From: Octopus vulgaris
Lineage: Eukaryota
Length of the DNA: 64,000 bases
Assembly: GCA_951406725.2 (NCBI GenBank)
Contig: OX597818.1
Span: 23,746,001-23,810,000, forward strand
Direction of reading: 5' to 3'
Below the pieces are notes generated by a model. It saw only the letters and a program-made list of their open reading frames with translations. It did no database searches and was not told where the DNA came from. Positions 23,223 to 36,886 of the stretch are shown piece by piece (position 1 is the first letter of the stretch; each line of letters opens with the position of its first letter). Both the position numbers and the translations under genes were made by a program.

Positions 23223-24665
23223 TCATAGCTGGTCTCTTTGCTTTAATAGTCTCATATGATCTAGCAATTATTATTATTCATTGCAGCCTCTGGATCGTGC
23301 TCACGCCACTTTTCTGTTACTCTGAATCCACACATTAACACCTCAGCGCAGTCTCTTCTGACACAATCATGACTGCGCTTATACACTTTCGATGCAGTCA
23401 CTAAAGAGATAGTTAATGCAGCAATGCAGGGATAATATCAATGCTTTTTCCTTTTTCATAGATTCTGCAATTGCCCTCTGACTGACTTTTTATCAACTTT
23501 TTGACATTCGAGCACATATGGTTGTGATGCATGTGTCTCGTGTGCTCTTATCAAACAGGTTGTCATAATAGGTATATTGGGCTTTGTACCTATAGTAGAA
23601 AGGAGTTATTTTAAGAATGGTTCACTGGTAGAATTGTCAGAGCAACTATCAAAATACCTTGCGTTATCTATTCCAGTTCTTTGCACTTCCTACCGAAGTA
23701 AACTTTTATTCTTCCGGGGTCGATACAAGGTGCAAATAATTCCCAGCATTGAGTAACATGTACACATTTTTGTTGTTTCTGAAGAAAGTTGTTGGCTTCA
23801 TTGATAAACTTTTACTTATTGATCTGTTTCAATCTTTAGTCTATTATCATATTTTTTCTGCTTGTATTCTCCATTTATTTTAATGGACTCTGGTCTTCAG
23901 AATTCGGTCACTCTCCTCAATCTCTACTTAATCTCAACTGTGCAAATTCCAACTTAGCATTTCGTCATTCTATAGTAAATTTCTCCTCCTAATTAAAGAA
24001 AATTCAGAATTGGCTACTTCCTAATTTTATTTAATTATATCGCTTACAAAAATATTTGATGGAAATGTTCTTCACCAAATGTTTCATAACCTTGAAATTA
24101 TTTAAATTTACTTTTAAACTTTCAATAAACAAAATGTTTCAAGTATTTGAGCGGTTGTAAAACAATTTAATTTTTATGAGACTTTGCTGACTTTTACTCA
24201 TCCGAGATGTGAAAAGAAAAAGACAATCTGATAATCTTTTCAGTTTTCTGCGATAATATAACAAACTAAAAGGTCAGAACAGCTGATCTCTTTTTTAAAT
24301 TGGTGTTAATCGTTTGACGAGTGAAAATGGTGGGGACTCATCCGACATATTTCGGCAATTACATTTCCATTCGTCTCAAAACAACAGGCATTTTCATTTG
24401 ACATCTGAATAAAATATACCAATTGAATTTGAGTTCTTTAGTGGTCACAAATAACGAATGTCGTAGAGAGGAAATTTTCAGTTGAACCGAGCCCGCAAGG
24501 CGATTTCGATATCTATGTGTCATTGCTTCATTTACGATTGTTATTTTCAATGGGAAAGGGACATAAATGTGGCGTTTCCTATTTTCCGCATTCTTTATAT
24601 TACTTCTGAGTAAGAAAAGTAAAACAGTCAACTTTGTTTATCACAGTTACCGCGGGTAAAAGAAG

Positions 24666-24687
24666 TGTAGCGTAGACTCGGGTGAAA

Positions 24688-24724
<37 letters not shown>

Positions 24725-25520
24725 TTACATATATACGTGCATTCGAACGTAGCAGGGAACAGCTAGTCTTTGGCGGCTATTTGGATCCCGTTGTGTCCAT
24801 TACTCTGATTGGTTGGTATTGGCGCAATTTGTCTCCTACTCTGTTGCGCCAACTTGCCGCGTATAACCAGTCGAAGGTTCTAAATAAGATCACGTGGGAC
24901 ACGTGATCTTATTTAGCCTACAGCTCCTTATAAAAACTCAACTTTTCCTTGTTCCGGGGTCTTTGGTTCCAGACTTTTTAAGGTTTAGCTACTGACCACA
25001 AAGATTCAGGCAGTTCCAGAGACAACGCTAGATAACACAGTTACCACAGCAGCTATGTTGAGACTTACCAGCATTACGGCGACCTCCGTCTTCGTCGCCA
25101 CCATTATGTCCTTCTTAACGTCGTCAACATCATCTCTCTCTCTCTACGTACACAGCTCAGCAAGCATTTCACTCAGTTTCCAACTGTTCACTGTTCGTGA
25201 ATTATTTCACTACGGATCAACTGTGAATATACAACCTGCATGAACTCCTGTACAAGTGACCCAGGCAGCAGCATCACAGCCATGATTTCACGAACGACAT
25301 GTGCCTGTAACCGCCTCAGCATCATGGCCGCGATTTCTTGATACAGTGTTTCAACTATCGTGTACAACTGACTACGAACGGGTATTATTATATCTCTTGT
25401 GTCTATGAACTTACTTCTCACTTCGATGAATTATGGACTCTTTCACTTTCTCCTTTATTGCCATTCAATTACAAATTAATAAATTTAAGTTGCATTTTTA
25501 ATATAGTGAGTTAAATACAT
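24666..25520 (+). mobile_element. Possible solo LTR
   Basis: GC-richer island starting TGTAGCG, TATAAAA at about 24928, AATAAA at about 25478, ending ACA; no TSD seen. Confidence 0.3.
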
Positions 25521-25907
25521 CATCAGGATGAGAATCAGATACAAAAGGAATCACATCACAACTGATCGGGTGATCATCAACAGACACATGTCAATATTCA
25601 CATATATATATATATAGGGAGGGAGAGAGAGACAAAGAGACAGGGGATCAATAGGTGGTATTCAGCAACTTTTAGACATTACATTATGTCAATATATTTA
25701 TATACTAAAAGGATACCTATAAGTACCTATAAGTATGTTTCTACGGAAATATATATGTATCTCCATTTTCTAATTTTGTATATATATATATATATATATT
25801 GTGTGTGTGTGTGTGTGTGTGTATTCCTCGTGTATATACAGTTTCATTCTTACATATATATATATATACATGTACATATATATATGTGTGTATACAAGTA
25901 ATATGCT

Positions 25908-25962
<55 letters not shown>

Positions 25963-26045
25963 AATGTGAGGATAAAATTCTTTTCGAAAAAAATTTTATC
26001 AATGGCTAGCATATTAAAAAATACCTTTAACGGTTAAATTTATAA

Positions 26046-26548
26046 ACAATTCATAAATGAGGGCAAAGGAAAAAATTTCTAATGCCAAATATGCCGAAAA
26101 ATTGGACATGTTGTCCATTAACCATATAATTTTTTCACAATACGCACGCTACTCGAAAAAAGGTCGACAGAAATTTCTAAAAAATTCCATTATTACCATA
26201 TCGGACCGATTTCAGAGTTAGCTACTAAGTATTTAGTATTTCTATTTTGGGGTATTTCTATTTTGGATGTATTTGGGGTACTTAGTTGTGCCCGTGACTT
26301 AGTATTTGCTTCTTCCATGGGTATGAGTTATTTCTTTTGCCACATGTATCACTGACGAAGAGAGGGCTCTTAGTAGCTAACTCTGAAATCGGTCCGATAT
26401 GGTAATAATGGAATTTTTTAGAAATTTCTGTCGACCTTTTCCGAGTAGCGTGCGTATTGTGAAAAAATTATATGGTTAATGGACAATATGTCCAATTTTT
26501 CGGCATATTTGGCATTAGAAATTTTTTCCTTTGCCCTCATTTATGAAT

Positions 26549-26551
<3 letters not shown>
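26046..26551. mobile_element. Palindromic (TA)n-embedded element with about 184-bp inverted arms and a hammerhead
   Basis: Arms 26046-26229 and 26369-26551 are nearly identical reverse complements. Confidence 0.8.
26347..26399 (+). ncRNA. Type I hammerhead candidate
   Basis: UAUCA-CUGACGA-AGAG..GGCU/AGCU..CUCU-GAAA-UCGG-UC-CGAUA. Confidence 0.65.
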
Positions 26552-26586
<35 letters not shown>

Positions 26587-26784
26587 AAATTAGAGAATGG
26601 AGAAACATACTTAAATCAGTAAAACATCAACTATCCGATGATACTCAATCCATACTTTAATACACCATTACATATGAGTAAAGGCAATATATAAAATGAA
26701 ATGAGATATACAGTAATAGTAAAAGTAAAAAGATAAAGAGATATAAGTAAAAAATTACAAATATAATATGCAAATAAATCAAAA

Positions 26785-26892
26785 CTGACAGCTGTTTCGG
26801 CAGTGAGGACAGTCATACCTCATTTAACCTATAAGCCATAAAGGCAGGTATAAATGAGGCATTAACAAGGATGCCCCACGGCCTCTTCAGAG
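26785..26892 (-). ncRNA. Type I hammerhead with a very long stem II
   Basis: CU-CUGAAGA-GGC...(about 80-nt hairpin including GCCUCAUUUA/UAAAUGAGGU)...GCC-GAAA-CAGCUG-UC-AG; palindromic stem III ACAGCUGU. Confidence 0.7.
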
Positions 26893-27231
26893 AATTAAAT
26901 TAAATTTGTTATAATAGTGAAAAATATTATATAATCATATACATATAAATATAAAAATATAAAAATGTAAAATATAAAAACTTATACATCATAATGCTAC
27001 ACTTATATAATATAATACACATTTGTACAAAAAGGAAGGTAAACAGAACAAAATAAAACAAAATATATAACAGTGTATATATTAATATTAATAAGTACCG
27101 ATATTATACATATTTGGCTAATAGTTTTTTTTATAAAAAAAAGGGCTAACACATATGGAGATGAAAAATAATAATTAAATCCGTGGTACAGTTCATAAAA
27201 TTCTAAAGCTATAAAAGTTAATAAAAATTAC

Positions 27232-27294
<63 letters not shown>

Positions 27295-29014
27295 TACTAA
27301 AAATAGATACAGTTAAGTTAGCACCAAGTCCATCCTTTCAAGATCGAAATAACTATGAGTTAAGAAATGCTGACCACTAGGTAAAGAAAATTTAGATTAA
27401 TTCGATTGGCTATTGGTTTGAAATTTAAATCACAAAAGAAAATTATACGGTTGGTTAGTCAGGGAACGCTAATATTCACACACGCATCTACAGATCAATC
27501 GCACATACACACATAGTTATATGTATATACATACACTTATACACATACATAAACACAAGCAACAACTAGCACTTAGATAAACAAAAAGGGAAGCAACTAT
27601 GCTAATATTTAGTCCTTCAAAATTATAACTGAGCCTCAATAACAAAAAAAGAACCATCCATGCATTCTATAAAATATTTAATTTAGATATAAATATATTT
27701 TTTTAAAATATCAGTATGTTACTAATTCAGATAATTATTTCATGGGTAACTTAAAATTTATAACACCGGTTTGTTGCAGAGTAAACATACGGTTGTTAGG
27801 TTTATCGTAAGTTTGTTATGATTTTAAGTACGCTAAATTATAAAATATAAAATATAAAATATATATTAATTTAAATATTATAAATAAGTCACTTATTAAC
27901 TTAATAAATATAGTGCCATAATATACCAGTTTAGGCATTAAAGAATAGAAGGGGAAGTATTAATGTAAACGCTTATGAGAACATCACAGAAATTTTAAAT
28001 AAATTTTATATTATAAAGACTTAAGATGAAAAGAGATAAAATAAATAAAAAGGAATAAATACGAAGGAATAAATACGGTTATACACATAATTATAAGTAC
28101 AAACTAGTATATATGTATTCATATATTATTAAAATTAAATAAAAATAAATGATAGATATGTATGTATAAAACTACACCAGTATAAGTAAATAAGTAAAAA
28201 ATAAATAGGTAACAAATTAGATGACTTGATATGTATGTAAACATCTACACTTAAATAGGCAAATAAATAAATAAATAGAAGACTAGATGCAAAGATTGAT
28301 AATATTACAATAAAATGGGAAATAAATAAAAATAAATAAAGTGAATATATATATTTTATATTGTTGAAAGTAAATATGTATGGAAGGATAGTTTAAAGTA
28401 CAGATCCAGAGGACTATAGATATAAACTAAATATATGAGGCTGGTAATAATTATAAAGCAAAATGCATGTAAATGAGAAAATGAAAAAAATGAAAAAGGT
28501 TTATCAGTGAATAGCATAAGATACAAATTAAGGTGAGTACAAAAAGACCAAATATATAATAAAAACCTTCCAAATAAACATATACAAAAAACCTATAATC
28601 TCAACCTAAACCCACCAAAACCACAAAAGGCTCTCATATATTACATATTATACAATATCATTACATTATCTAGAGCTAGGTATCTAACCAAGATATACAT
28701 ATATACTATGCAATATACTATGCAATATTGGAAAACTTCAAAAATCACACATTACAAGGCAAATACCAAAATGAATATGTTATTTTATGTCATATTGCAT
28801 TTCTCTTAAAAAAAAAAAAAAAAAAAAAAACCCACATACAAAAACCAAGAAACCAATAATACTAGACACATCCATTAATTATTATACAAATGTAGCTATA
28901 AAAATTATAAAATTATGAAATTTATAAATTGTATACTTTAGAATTATAGAAGACCACAGGTAAATTTAGTTAAAGAAGGGAATTAAAAAATTAAAATAGT
29001 GGAAGTGCTAAGTT

Positions 29015-29209
29015 CTATTTGAATCTAGAAAAGGTGAACGGTAGCCTATGAATACAAAAGAAGTTTTTCTCATTAATGTTGTTAATAATTTGCCGACCCG
29101 CTTTAATAATGAAGAAAATTTCATTGATACATAGAGAGCATTTTTTATTTTTTCCATTATACACAGGTGCTGAAGTTAGTATTTTCCAGTTTAATCTAAA
29201 ATCTAAGTT

Positions 29210-29212
<3 letters not shown>
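29015..29212 (-). pseudogene. Naiad-type GIY-YIG C-terminus (not in the ORF track)
   Basis: KNLDFRLNWKILTSAPVYNGKNKKCSLCINEIFFIIK...NNINEKNFFCIHRLPFTFSRFK*; CxxC...CxH motif; resembles the 36527 ORF. Confidence 0.75.
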
Positions 29213-29240
<28 letters not shown>

Positions 29241-29246
<6 letters not shown>

Positions 29247-29419
29247 CAATATAGGGTAGCAAAAAATTCAGTAGAAATTATTTGCCACCAGCGGCCTAGT
29301 GGGAAAAAAATTTTGCTGTTGAATTTATTAATAGTCTCTGACTATTTCCTTTTTTTCCCACTAGGCCGCTGGTGGCAAATAATTTCTACTGAATTTTTTG
29401 CTACCCTATATTGATAAAT
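29241..29419. repeat. 70-bp near-perfect inverted repeat abutting (TA)n
   Basis: Arms 29241-29310 and 29350-29419. Confidence 0.85.
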
Positions 29420-29799
29420 TATGAATTTTCTGTTTTAATTCCGAAATGGAATCGACAGCGTATATTTGCTGCCGATAAATTTGGCGCGAGTACGATGATT
29501 TGAAAATTTTAGGTCAGATATTGCCGAGACAGTAGCGGTGCTGCCTCGTGAAAATATCGGTCCCATCTGGCTTACTTTACTGATGAATTTGTTGGCCTAT
29601 GGAAGATTAGCTTGATTTAATTTAATCAGGCTGATTTACCATTAAAAAACAGATGAAACGATGCATTGTATAAAGTATTACAGGGTAAATGTTTTTTTTT
29701 TTCTCCTGGTTTACGGAATTAATATTTTGTTTGCGGTTGAAGTCTTGGCTGCTATTTCTAGTGGGTTGAACGGCCTATTATGGCCGTTCCTAAATTTTG

Positions 29800-29873
<74 letters not shown>

Positions 29874-29932
29874 ATATATGTATATATATAAATATATATA
29901 TGTGTGTGTATATATATGTATATATATGCATG

Positions 29933-30425
<493 letters not shown>

Positions 30426-30429
30426 TTCC

Positions 30430-31253
30430 AGTAACGCTGCCGTAATCTCCTTTAGAGAGACTTAGTAAAAAGGGAAGCATATGAAGAAACGAACAGACTG
30501 TACACTTGCACGGCTGACAAGGAATAGGATCTCCACTGTAGAATGAAGAGCAGTTGCAACAGCTCAGAGAAGCAACTTCTACGAAGCAGCTTTCAATTAT
30601 GATCCAACAATTCATTATGCAGATGATACTAGAGTTTCCATTGGTGCAATGACAACTGAGTGCATACATTGTAAGGCAAGGGAGTGGCCTGGAGAGAAAC
30701 CTGCACTGTGCTGTAGTGGTGGAAAGGTTAAACTCCCTGCAATCCCCCAACCTCCAGAACCATTGAAGAAACTGTTGTCATCACCTGACCAAGATTTCAA
30801 GTACTTCCAAAACAAAATTAGATAATACAACGCTTCACTACAGATGACATCATTTGGAACCACAAGATATTTAACTGAGCCAGGATTCATGCAAGCTTTC
30901 AAGACCCAATGTCAGATTTACCATTGGATTGACTCTCTACTACCTCTGTAAAATGAATCACCAAAATCCGCCTTTCATTGTTTATAATATGTGCCTGTTT
31001 CTTTGGTTACGAAATAAGCTACACAAAATGTGTTCTTGAATTACGTGTATTTACTTTATATACATATATGAGTTGAAAACTTTCTTTTGACATTTCATTT
31101 AACGTCTATGTTCCATGCTGGCATGGGTTGGAGAGGTATTAATGTAGAAAGTTGGTATCTCAGCTACTAGGAGTTGAGACCTGCGTAATCTAGACGGCGT
31201 TTTTAAATTTCGTTATTTTCTTTAACCTAGATAACACCGGGTATTTCTGCTAG
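30430..31253 (+). mobile_element. Internally deleted Helitron remnant
   Basis: 30616-30950 reads CIHCKA..CCSGGKVKLPAIPQPPEPLKKLL...IR*YNASLQMTSFG...GFMQAFKTQCQIYH..SLLP (Helitron RepHel N-terminal region); CTAG|T end at 31253 after a weak hairpin. Confidence 0.7.
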
Positions 31254-31349
31254 TGCATGTATATATATAAATATGTGTGTGTGTGTGTGTGTGTGTGTAT
31301 GCATGTGTGTGTGTGTGTATGTATATATATATATACATACATACATACA

Positions 31350-31385
<36 letters not shown>

Positions 31386-31393
31386 TATGTATG

Positions 31394-31426
<33 letters not shown>

Positions 31427-31559
31427 ATTTGTACCACTTCTACAGCAATACACCCGTTTCTGTCACTCTGCCTCACTATAACCTTTCATTATCCGACACA
31501 AGATCCTCTCCACCAATGCCCCCTCCCCTCTCAAAAGAGTTTTTTTTTTTTTTTGTAAT

Positions 31560-32930
31560 GCAAGTTCTTGGTGAACCTGTCAGTGCTTGTGTCATGTAAA
31601 AAGCACTAAGTCCTCTCTGCTGAGTGTTAGGAAGGGCATCCAGCTGTAAAAATCCTGCCAAAATAGTTATATTAGGTTATCAAGAAAGTTCTTGCGAATT
31701 TTAAATTTTGGTTTTAAATGATGTATTTTCAAATTAATTTTCGTTAAATTACTTTGACTTTATATATCATTTTAAAGCCCGTTTTTCGCTCTATCTAACT
31801 CTGTTACTCTTTTTCTTTTTGAATAATTAGGCCATTTTTTCCGGAACATGGACAAAAAGCAAATTCACACAATTTTCATATTCCAGTTAAAGCTAGGCCG
31901 AAAAGTTGCTGAAACAGCTCGCGATATCAACGATATGTTTGGCTCAGGAACCACTAATGAACTTACAGCACAATGGTGGTTCAAGAAATTTTGTAGCGGT
32001 GACGAAAGTCTTGAAGATGATAAGCGTAGTGTTCGGCCATCGGATGTTGACAACTGTTCGAGAGCTTGCTTCTGAATTAGACGTAACGTATATTACAATT
32101 TCCAACCACTTGAAAGATATTGAAAAAATAAAAATACTTGAGCCGCACGAGTTGAACGACAACCAAAATAAAAGGTCATTTTGAAGTGTCGTCTTCCCTT
32201 CTTTTACGCAACAAGAACGGTCCGTTTCTCGACCGGATTGTGACTTGCGATGAAAAGTGGATTCTTTACGACAACCGGCGACGCTCGACTCAGTGGTTGG
32301 ACGCCGACGAAGCTCCACGGCACTTCCCAAAGCCAAAGTTGCACCAAAAGAAGGTCATGGTGACTGTTTGGTGGTCTGCGACCGGTCTCATCCATGACAG
32401 CTTTTTGGATTCAGGCGAAACCATTACGGCGGAGAAGTCCTGTCAGCAAATTGATGAAATGCTTAAGAAATTCCGACAACAACAGCCAGCATTGGTCAAT
32501 AGAAAAGGACCAATCCTTCTCCACGACAACGCTCGGCCGCATGTCACACAACTGACCCTGCAGAAGTTGATCGAATTGGGCTACGAAACTCTGCCTCATC
32601 CGCCATACTCACCATACCTCTCGCCTACTGACTACCACTTTTTCAAGCATCTCGACAACTTCCTGCAAGACGGTGCCAAACACGCCTTCAACGACGCTAC
32701 TGGCATAAATAAATTTGTTTCGCGTTGGCAAAAGTGTGTTGATTCTGATGGCGTTTATTTCGATTAATAAAGTGCATTTGGGCATCTGAATTTAAAGGTT
32801 AAAAACCGCAAGAACTTTCTTGACAACCTAATAGAAGTCTGGTGCATGCTTCTGCCTGGCCGACTCTTGTCAAACGGTCCCCCTCATGCCAGCATGGAAG
32901 GCGGACGTTAAACGATGATGATGATGATAA
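31560..32930 (+). mobile_element. SINE family C fragment interrupted by the mariner
   Basis: GTTAGGAAGGGCATCCAGC before the mariner and CATGCCAGCATGGAAGGCGGACGTTAAACGATGATGATG after it. Confidence 0.55.
31672..32831 (+). mobile_element. Mariner DNA transposon, Hsmar1/cecropia-like, decayed
   Basis: TIRs TTAGGTTATCAAGAAAGTTCTTGCG / CGCAAGAACTTTCTTGACAACCTAA; TA TSD; MDKKQI..., [21 protein letters not shown] (DD34D); frameshifts. Confidence 0.93.
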
Positions 32931-33486
32931 TATATATATATGTCTGAATACGCACACACACACAAACACACAGACACACACACAGAGACACACACACAAC
33001 ATCTCTCTGTTTATCGCTTCTGGCAGAAATACTAATTTCCTTTAGCTATTAAATGTATTAAATGAGCATAAAGATTTTAGCAAGTAGTTTCTTTTTTATC
33101 AAATGAATCTAAGAATACTAATTCCTGTAAAACAAAAAAAAAAGGGTTAAAAAAAATAGTCTCGTTAGCAAGTGGTGCTCAGTTCAAGTCTATCAATGGA
33201 TTTTGGCCATAAATTATTCACTTTTAGCCTCTCTGAAAAATAATTAACACACCATCATGCAAAATAGAGGGTGATAAAAACAGACGTATAACTTCTGGGA
33301 TAATGTTGTGTAATTTTGTAGCTAGTGTCTAAGAGAGATATTTTCTCATGACTGTTTTTTTATCACCCAGAAACCTTTAACGAACATAATTAATATTATT
33401 GAACGATCATTAGCTAATAATTTTCGACATGTTAAAATTTTTTTCAATTTATATTCACTTTTTCTAGCGAGTTTTGTATAAAGTTA

Positions 33487-33616
33487 TTTACCATAGAGGG
33501 ATTTACCATAGAAGGATTTACCATAGAGGGATTTAGATTTATTTATTTACCATAAATAAATAAATTTTATTTATGGTAAATAAAGTTATTTACCATAGAG
33601 GGATTTACCATAGAGA
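33487..33616 (+). repeat. 15-bp minisatellite ATTTACCATAGAGGG with an internal palindrome
   Basis: Three copies plus two copies, separated by ATTTACCATAAATAAA...TTTATTTATGGTAAAT. Confidence 0.7.
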
Positions 33617-33685
33617 AATTTAATAAATCTGTAGATAGCCATCTGGGATGAACAATTTCTAGTTAAATAAATAATGCATTTATTA

Positions 33686-33898
33686 GGCGGCGAGGTGGCA
33701 GAAACGTTAGCACGCCGGGCGAAATGCTTAGCGGTATTTCGTCTGTCTTTACGTTCTGAGTTCAAATTCCACCGAGGTCGACTTTGCCTTTAATCATTTC
33801 GGGGTCGATAAATTAAATACCAGTTGTATACTGTGGTCGATGTAATCGACTGGTCCCCTCGCCTAAAGTTTCAGGCTTTGTGTCTAGAGTAGAAAAGA
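33686..33898 (+). mobile_element. SINE family A
   Basis: Full head GGCGGCGAGGTGGCAGAAACGTTAGCAC. Confidence 0.85.
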
Positions 33899-35289
33899 AT
33901 ATCTCTCGCATTTATACTACAACGGAAGAATGGGCCGGAACCAATTCATTTTTAAGAAATCGTTGAAACATTTCCCCTCTCATTTATGTTTGATTTTAAA
34001 TACTGACTTAAATGGTGCACTGAGTGATGAAGCTTGTCTTGCAAAAAAACTTTTTATTTCAGATTTTATCCAGCCTTATTTCTAGTTTATTTCATAGGTA
34101 CCACAATGACACCGAGCCGATGAGGAAGCTTGAATGCCAGTTATGGGCAAGCAAACTGCGGCTTGCAGGACTCTCTGAATGGCACGCCTAACGAAAAATA
34201 CCTTGAATTTTTCTTAGTAGTGCGACCCGCCTAATGATAAGTAATGTCTCATGGAGCCCGCTTTTCGGAAAAGATTGCTCATGGCTGCACTGTGTGGTCG
34301 CTCGTCCGGGTAGAAAAAAGCAGTCAAATCTCCCTCAAATTTCTTACTACAGTCTTAGAGAAGAACACAGGATGATGCAGTCCCGTGTTCAATGTGTCAG
34401 AGAAAAGACAAAATAGTCACATGACTATTTTTTTATCTTAATCTACCTTATCATGGCTGAACTGGTCCAACCAACAACATGAATGACATTCAGTCTTCGG
34501 TCATTATGAACTGACTCATTGACCCCATAATCACCGACCACTGAAGGAGGGCGGGGAGATCTTTGTAATCCGTCGATCTGCTAGAAATAACTACCAAGCT
34601 TCAATCAAATTCACTGAAACATTATATAAAATGAAAGAACACATGAAATATTGTAAGTCGTGGGTATCTCTAAAAAATAAGATGAAAACGATTGGAATAG
34701 CTTCCATCTCATTTCTAGTTAATCAGCTCCAACTTCAGGTTAAATAACTTAGCAACACATTAATTAACATTAATGTATGTCGCACTACCCCCCACCCACC
34801 CATTATTTTGTGAAAAAGAGCATCAACGTCCAAGAAAACCTGTCTTCTCAAAGTAGATCCGTTTACTCAAGCCAAAATCATGATCCGAGTAAACAAGTTT
34901 TCTATAAGTATGCGCCTGTAGACTAAAAGCAGACAACAGGGAGAGAAGGCACTTAGCTGAGAAGTCAGGTTGACTGTGGTTCTGTGGAGTTTTCACGAGC
35001 AATCTTTTGAAGCCTTTTCCTTTTGGGGAATTATTGCCGGAATTTATTGTTTCTTTCTTATTGATATTCTGTTATTTTCATGCTCTTTCTTGTAATCTCA
35101 CGTTGCATCTTCCTGTAAAGTCCCCAGTGCTTTTCGTGGAGACTTAGTGATTAATAAAGAAAGCATTATTACGATTCTAATTCATCTTGTTTAACACATC
35201 AACTTCGCTGGAGAACGTAACAAAGTGTCAGCTGTCCACAACTAGTGAGCTCATCTAAAATTCTCCATTCAGATTCCGAGAACTCTGCA

Positions 35290-35790
35290 GAGAATCCCAA
35301 GCAACACTGTTTATTATAGATGTTCTATCTTCACTTTTACTCCTATCTTTGCAATCCAGTTTGTGAGCTTCAACAACACAGGTATGATATTCACTTTCTT
35401 CAATGACCACACTCATTTTATTTCCCACTTAAAATCATTATATCTGACCTGCTTCTCTTTACTTTCAATATTTTGTCATTACCAGAACGTGCAATATCTT
35501 TGACTAAACAGGTTTTTCCTCTTTATTCACAACCAGTTTTCGATATTCCATTTCACGATTACATTTGATCATTACGTTCCACAGTATCATTGCCTTGTCT
35601 TTCTGGCGTTTGCCCATACCAATTTTTTATTCTAGCTAATCCATACTTGTTACACAGTTCCCAATGCATCATTCTTGCAACATTATCGTATCTTTTTTTT
35701 TGTATTCTTTTTAAGCCAGCTCCGTGCACTCATTCACAATACGCCAAACAATCTCACATTTATCACTGCATAACTTACACTTGTCACTTT
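35290..35790 (-). pseudogene. R4/Dong LINE RLE-domain remnant
   Basis: Minus strand reads DNVARMMHWELCNKYGL...WY...LWN...KDIA. Confidence 0.55.
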
Positions 35791-36039
35791 CTGCAGTATT
35801 ATCAATCCTGCATTTCGTATAATTGCCGTAGGTGCTTGTTACTATGCACCACAGACAAGTGCTTCTGTCTCGTGACCTTCAATCCAAGGGAATTCATGGT
35901 GCTGGTGAGGTCCTTTCTAAGCTTATCTAGCGTGTGGCTATTTGCCCCGCTGGGTATTGCCAGCACGTCATCCGTCATCTCTGTAGACCCCTTTAAGTCT
36001 ATAGACACTTTAAGAAGTCAAATGAGAAGCTATCGTATA

Positions 36040-36886
36040 TTAACACAGGTTCCTGTCACCCAGCCATGGTTTTCAAGAACCTGGTAAAAGACGTCATCAG
36101 AAGAATCTCCAACCTATCTTCAAGCAAAGAGATTTTTTTATGCTGCCGCCCCGTACTACAATGAAGTTCTGGCCACCAGCGGTTTCAGGGATAGAATTAG
36201 TTACATGCCAGACCCTAACCCCTCGAAGAGAAAGCGCCACCAGAAAGTGTTGTGATTCACACCGCCCATCTCTAAGTGTTAAAACCCGAGTAGGTAAGAT
36301 TTTCCTTAGCTTAGTAAACAAGCACTTTTGCCGTACTGATAGGTTCAGCTAAATATTTAATAGGCACACCGTGATAATTTCCTTTAGCTGTGCACCCAAT
36401 GAAAAAATGATTTTAGTAGATAGATCCACACCAGAGAAAGAGACTGGATCTCATGTAGAGGTAACACATGTCCACTGAACGGTCACTGTAACACGGAGAC
36501 CGTCGTATACGAAGCAGAGGTAACAAATGGACAAAAACGTGCGAAAGTACGCGGGAGCAACTGAAGGCTCCTTCAGAACCTGCTGCAACAACCAAGAGTC
36601 ATCCTGCAACATCCCGGAGAGAAGTAACGCCACAATCCTGGCCAAGCACGTGTGGTCGTTGAAAAAAAGCGCTACCGATTACAGCATAAAGTGGAAGATT
36701 CTAGAGAAATGTAAAGCGTACTTCAATACCATCAGGGAGTGCAGATTATGCCTGACTGAGAAAAAAGCGATTCTAAAGAGCTCCAAGCACCCGGGCATCT
36801 ACCTTAACAGCAGTAGTGAAATTTTTAATAATTGCTCATATGAAAGGAAGTACATTCTATCATACCTGCTGCATGTCTCATCATGA
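36040..36886 (+). pseudogene. Naiad-type PLE remnant (thumb, linker, GIY-YIG)
   Basis: CHPAMVFKNL..RRISNLSS, VL*FTPP, VKTRVGKIFLSLVNKHF, IFNRHTVIISFSC, YAGATEGSF, LAKHVWSLK, WKIL, CRLCLTEK. Confidence 0.8.

Larger units (their letters stand above)
26581..29212 (-). mobile_element. 5'-truncated Naiad-type PLE with a 3' non-coding region of about 2.4 kb
   Basis: (TA)n on both sides; coding tail at 29015-29212; hammerhead at 26785; terminal sequence has an inverted copy at about 25755-25790. Confidence 0.7.

Noticed and set aside
33487-33616. CRISPR-like short repeats (also 39820-39890)
   Set aside because: Head-to-tail minisatellites with no unique spacers; eukaryotic context
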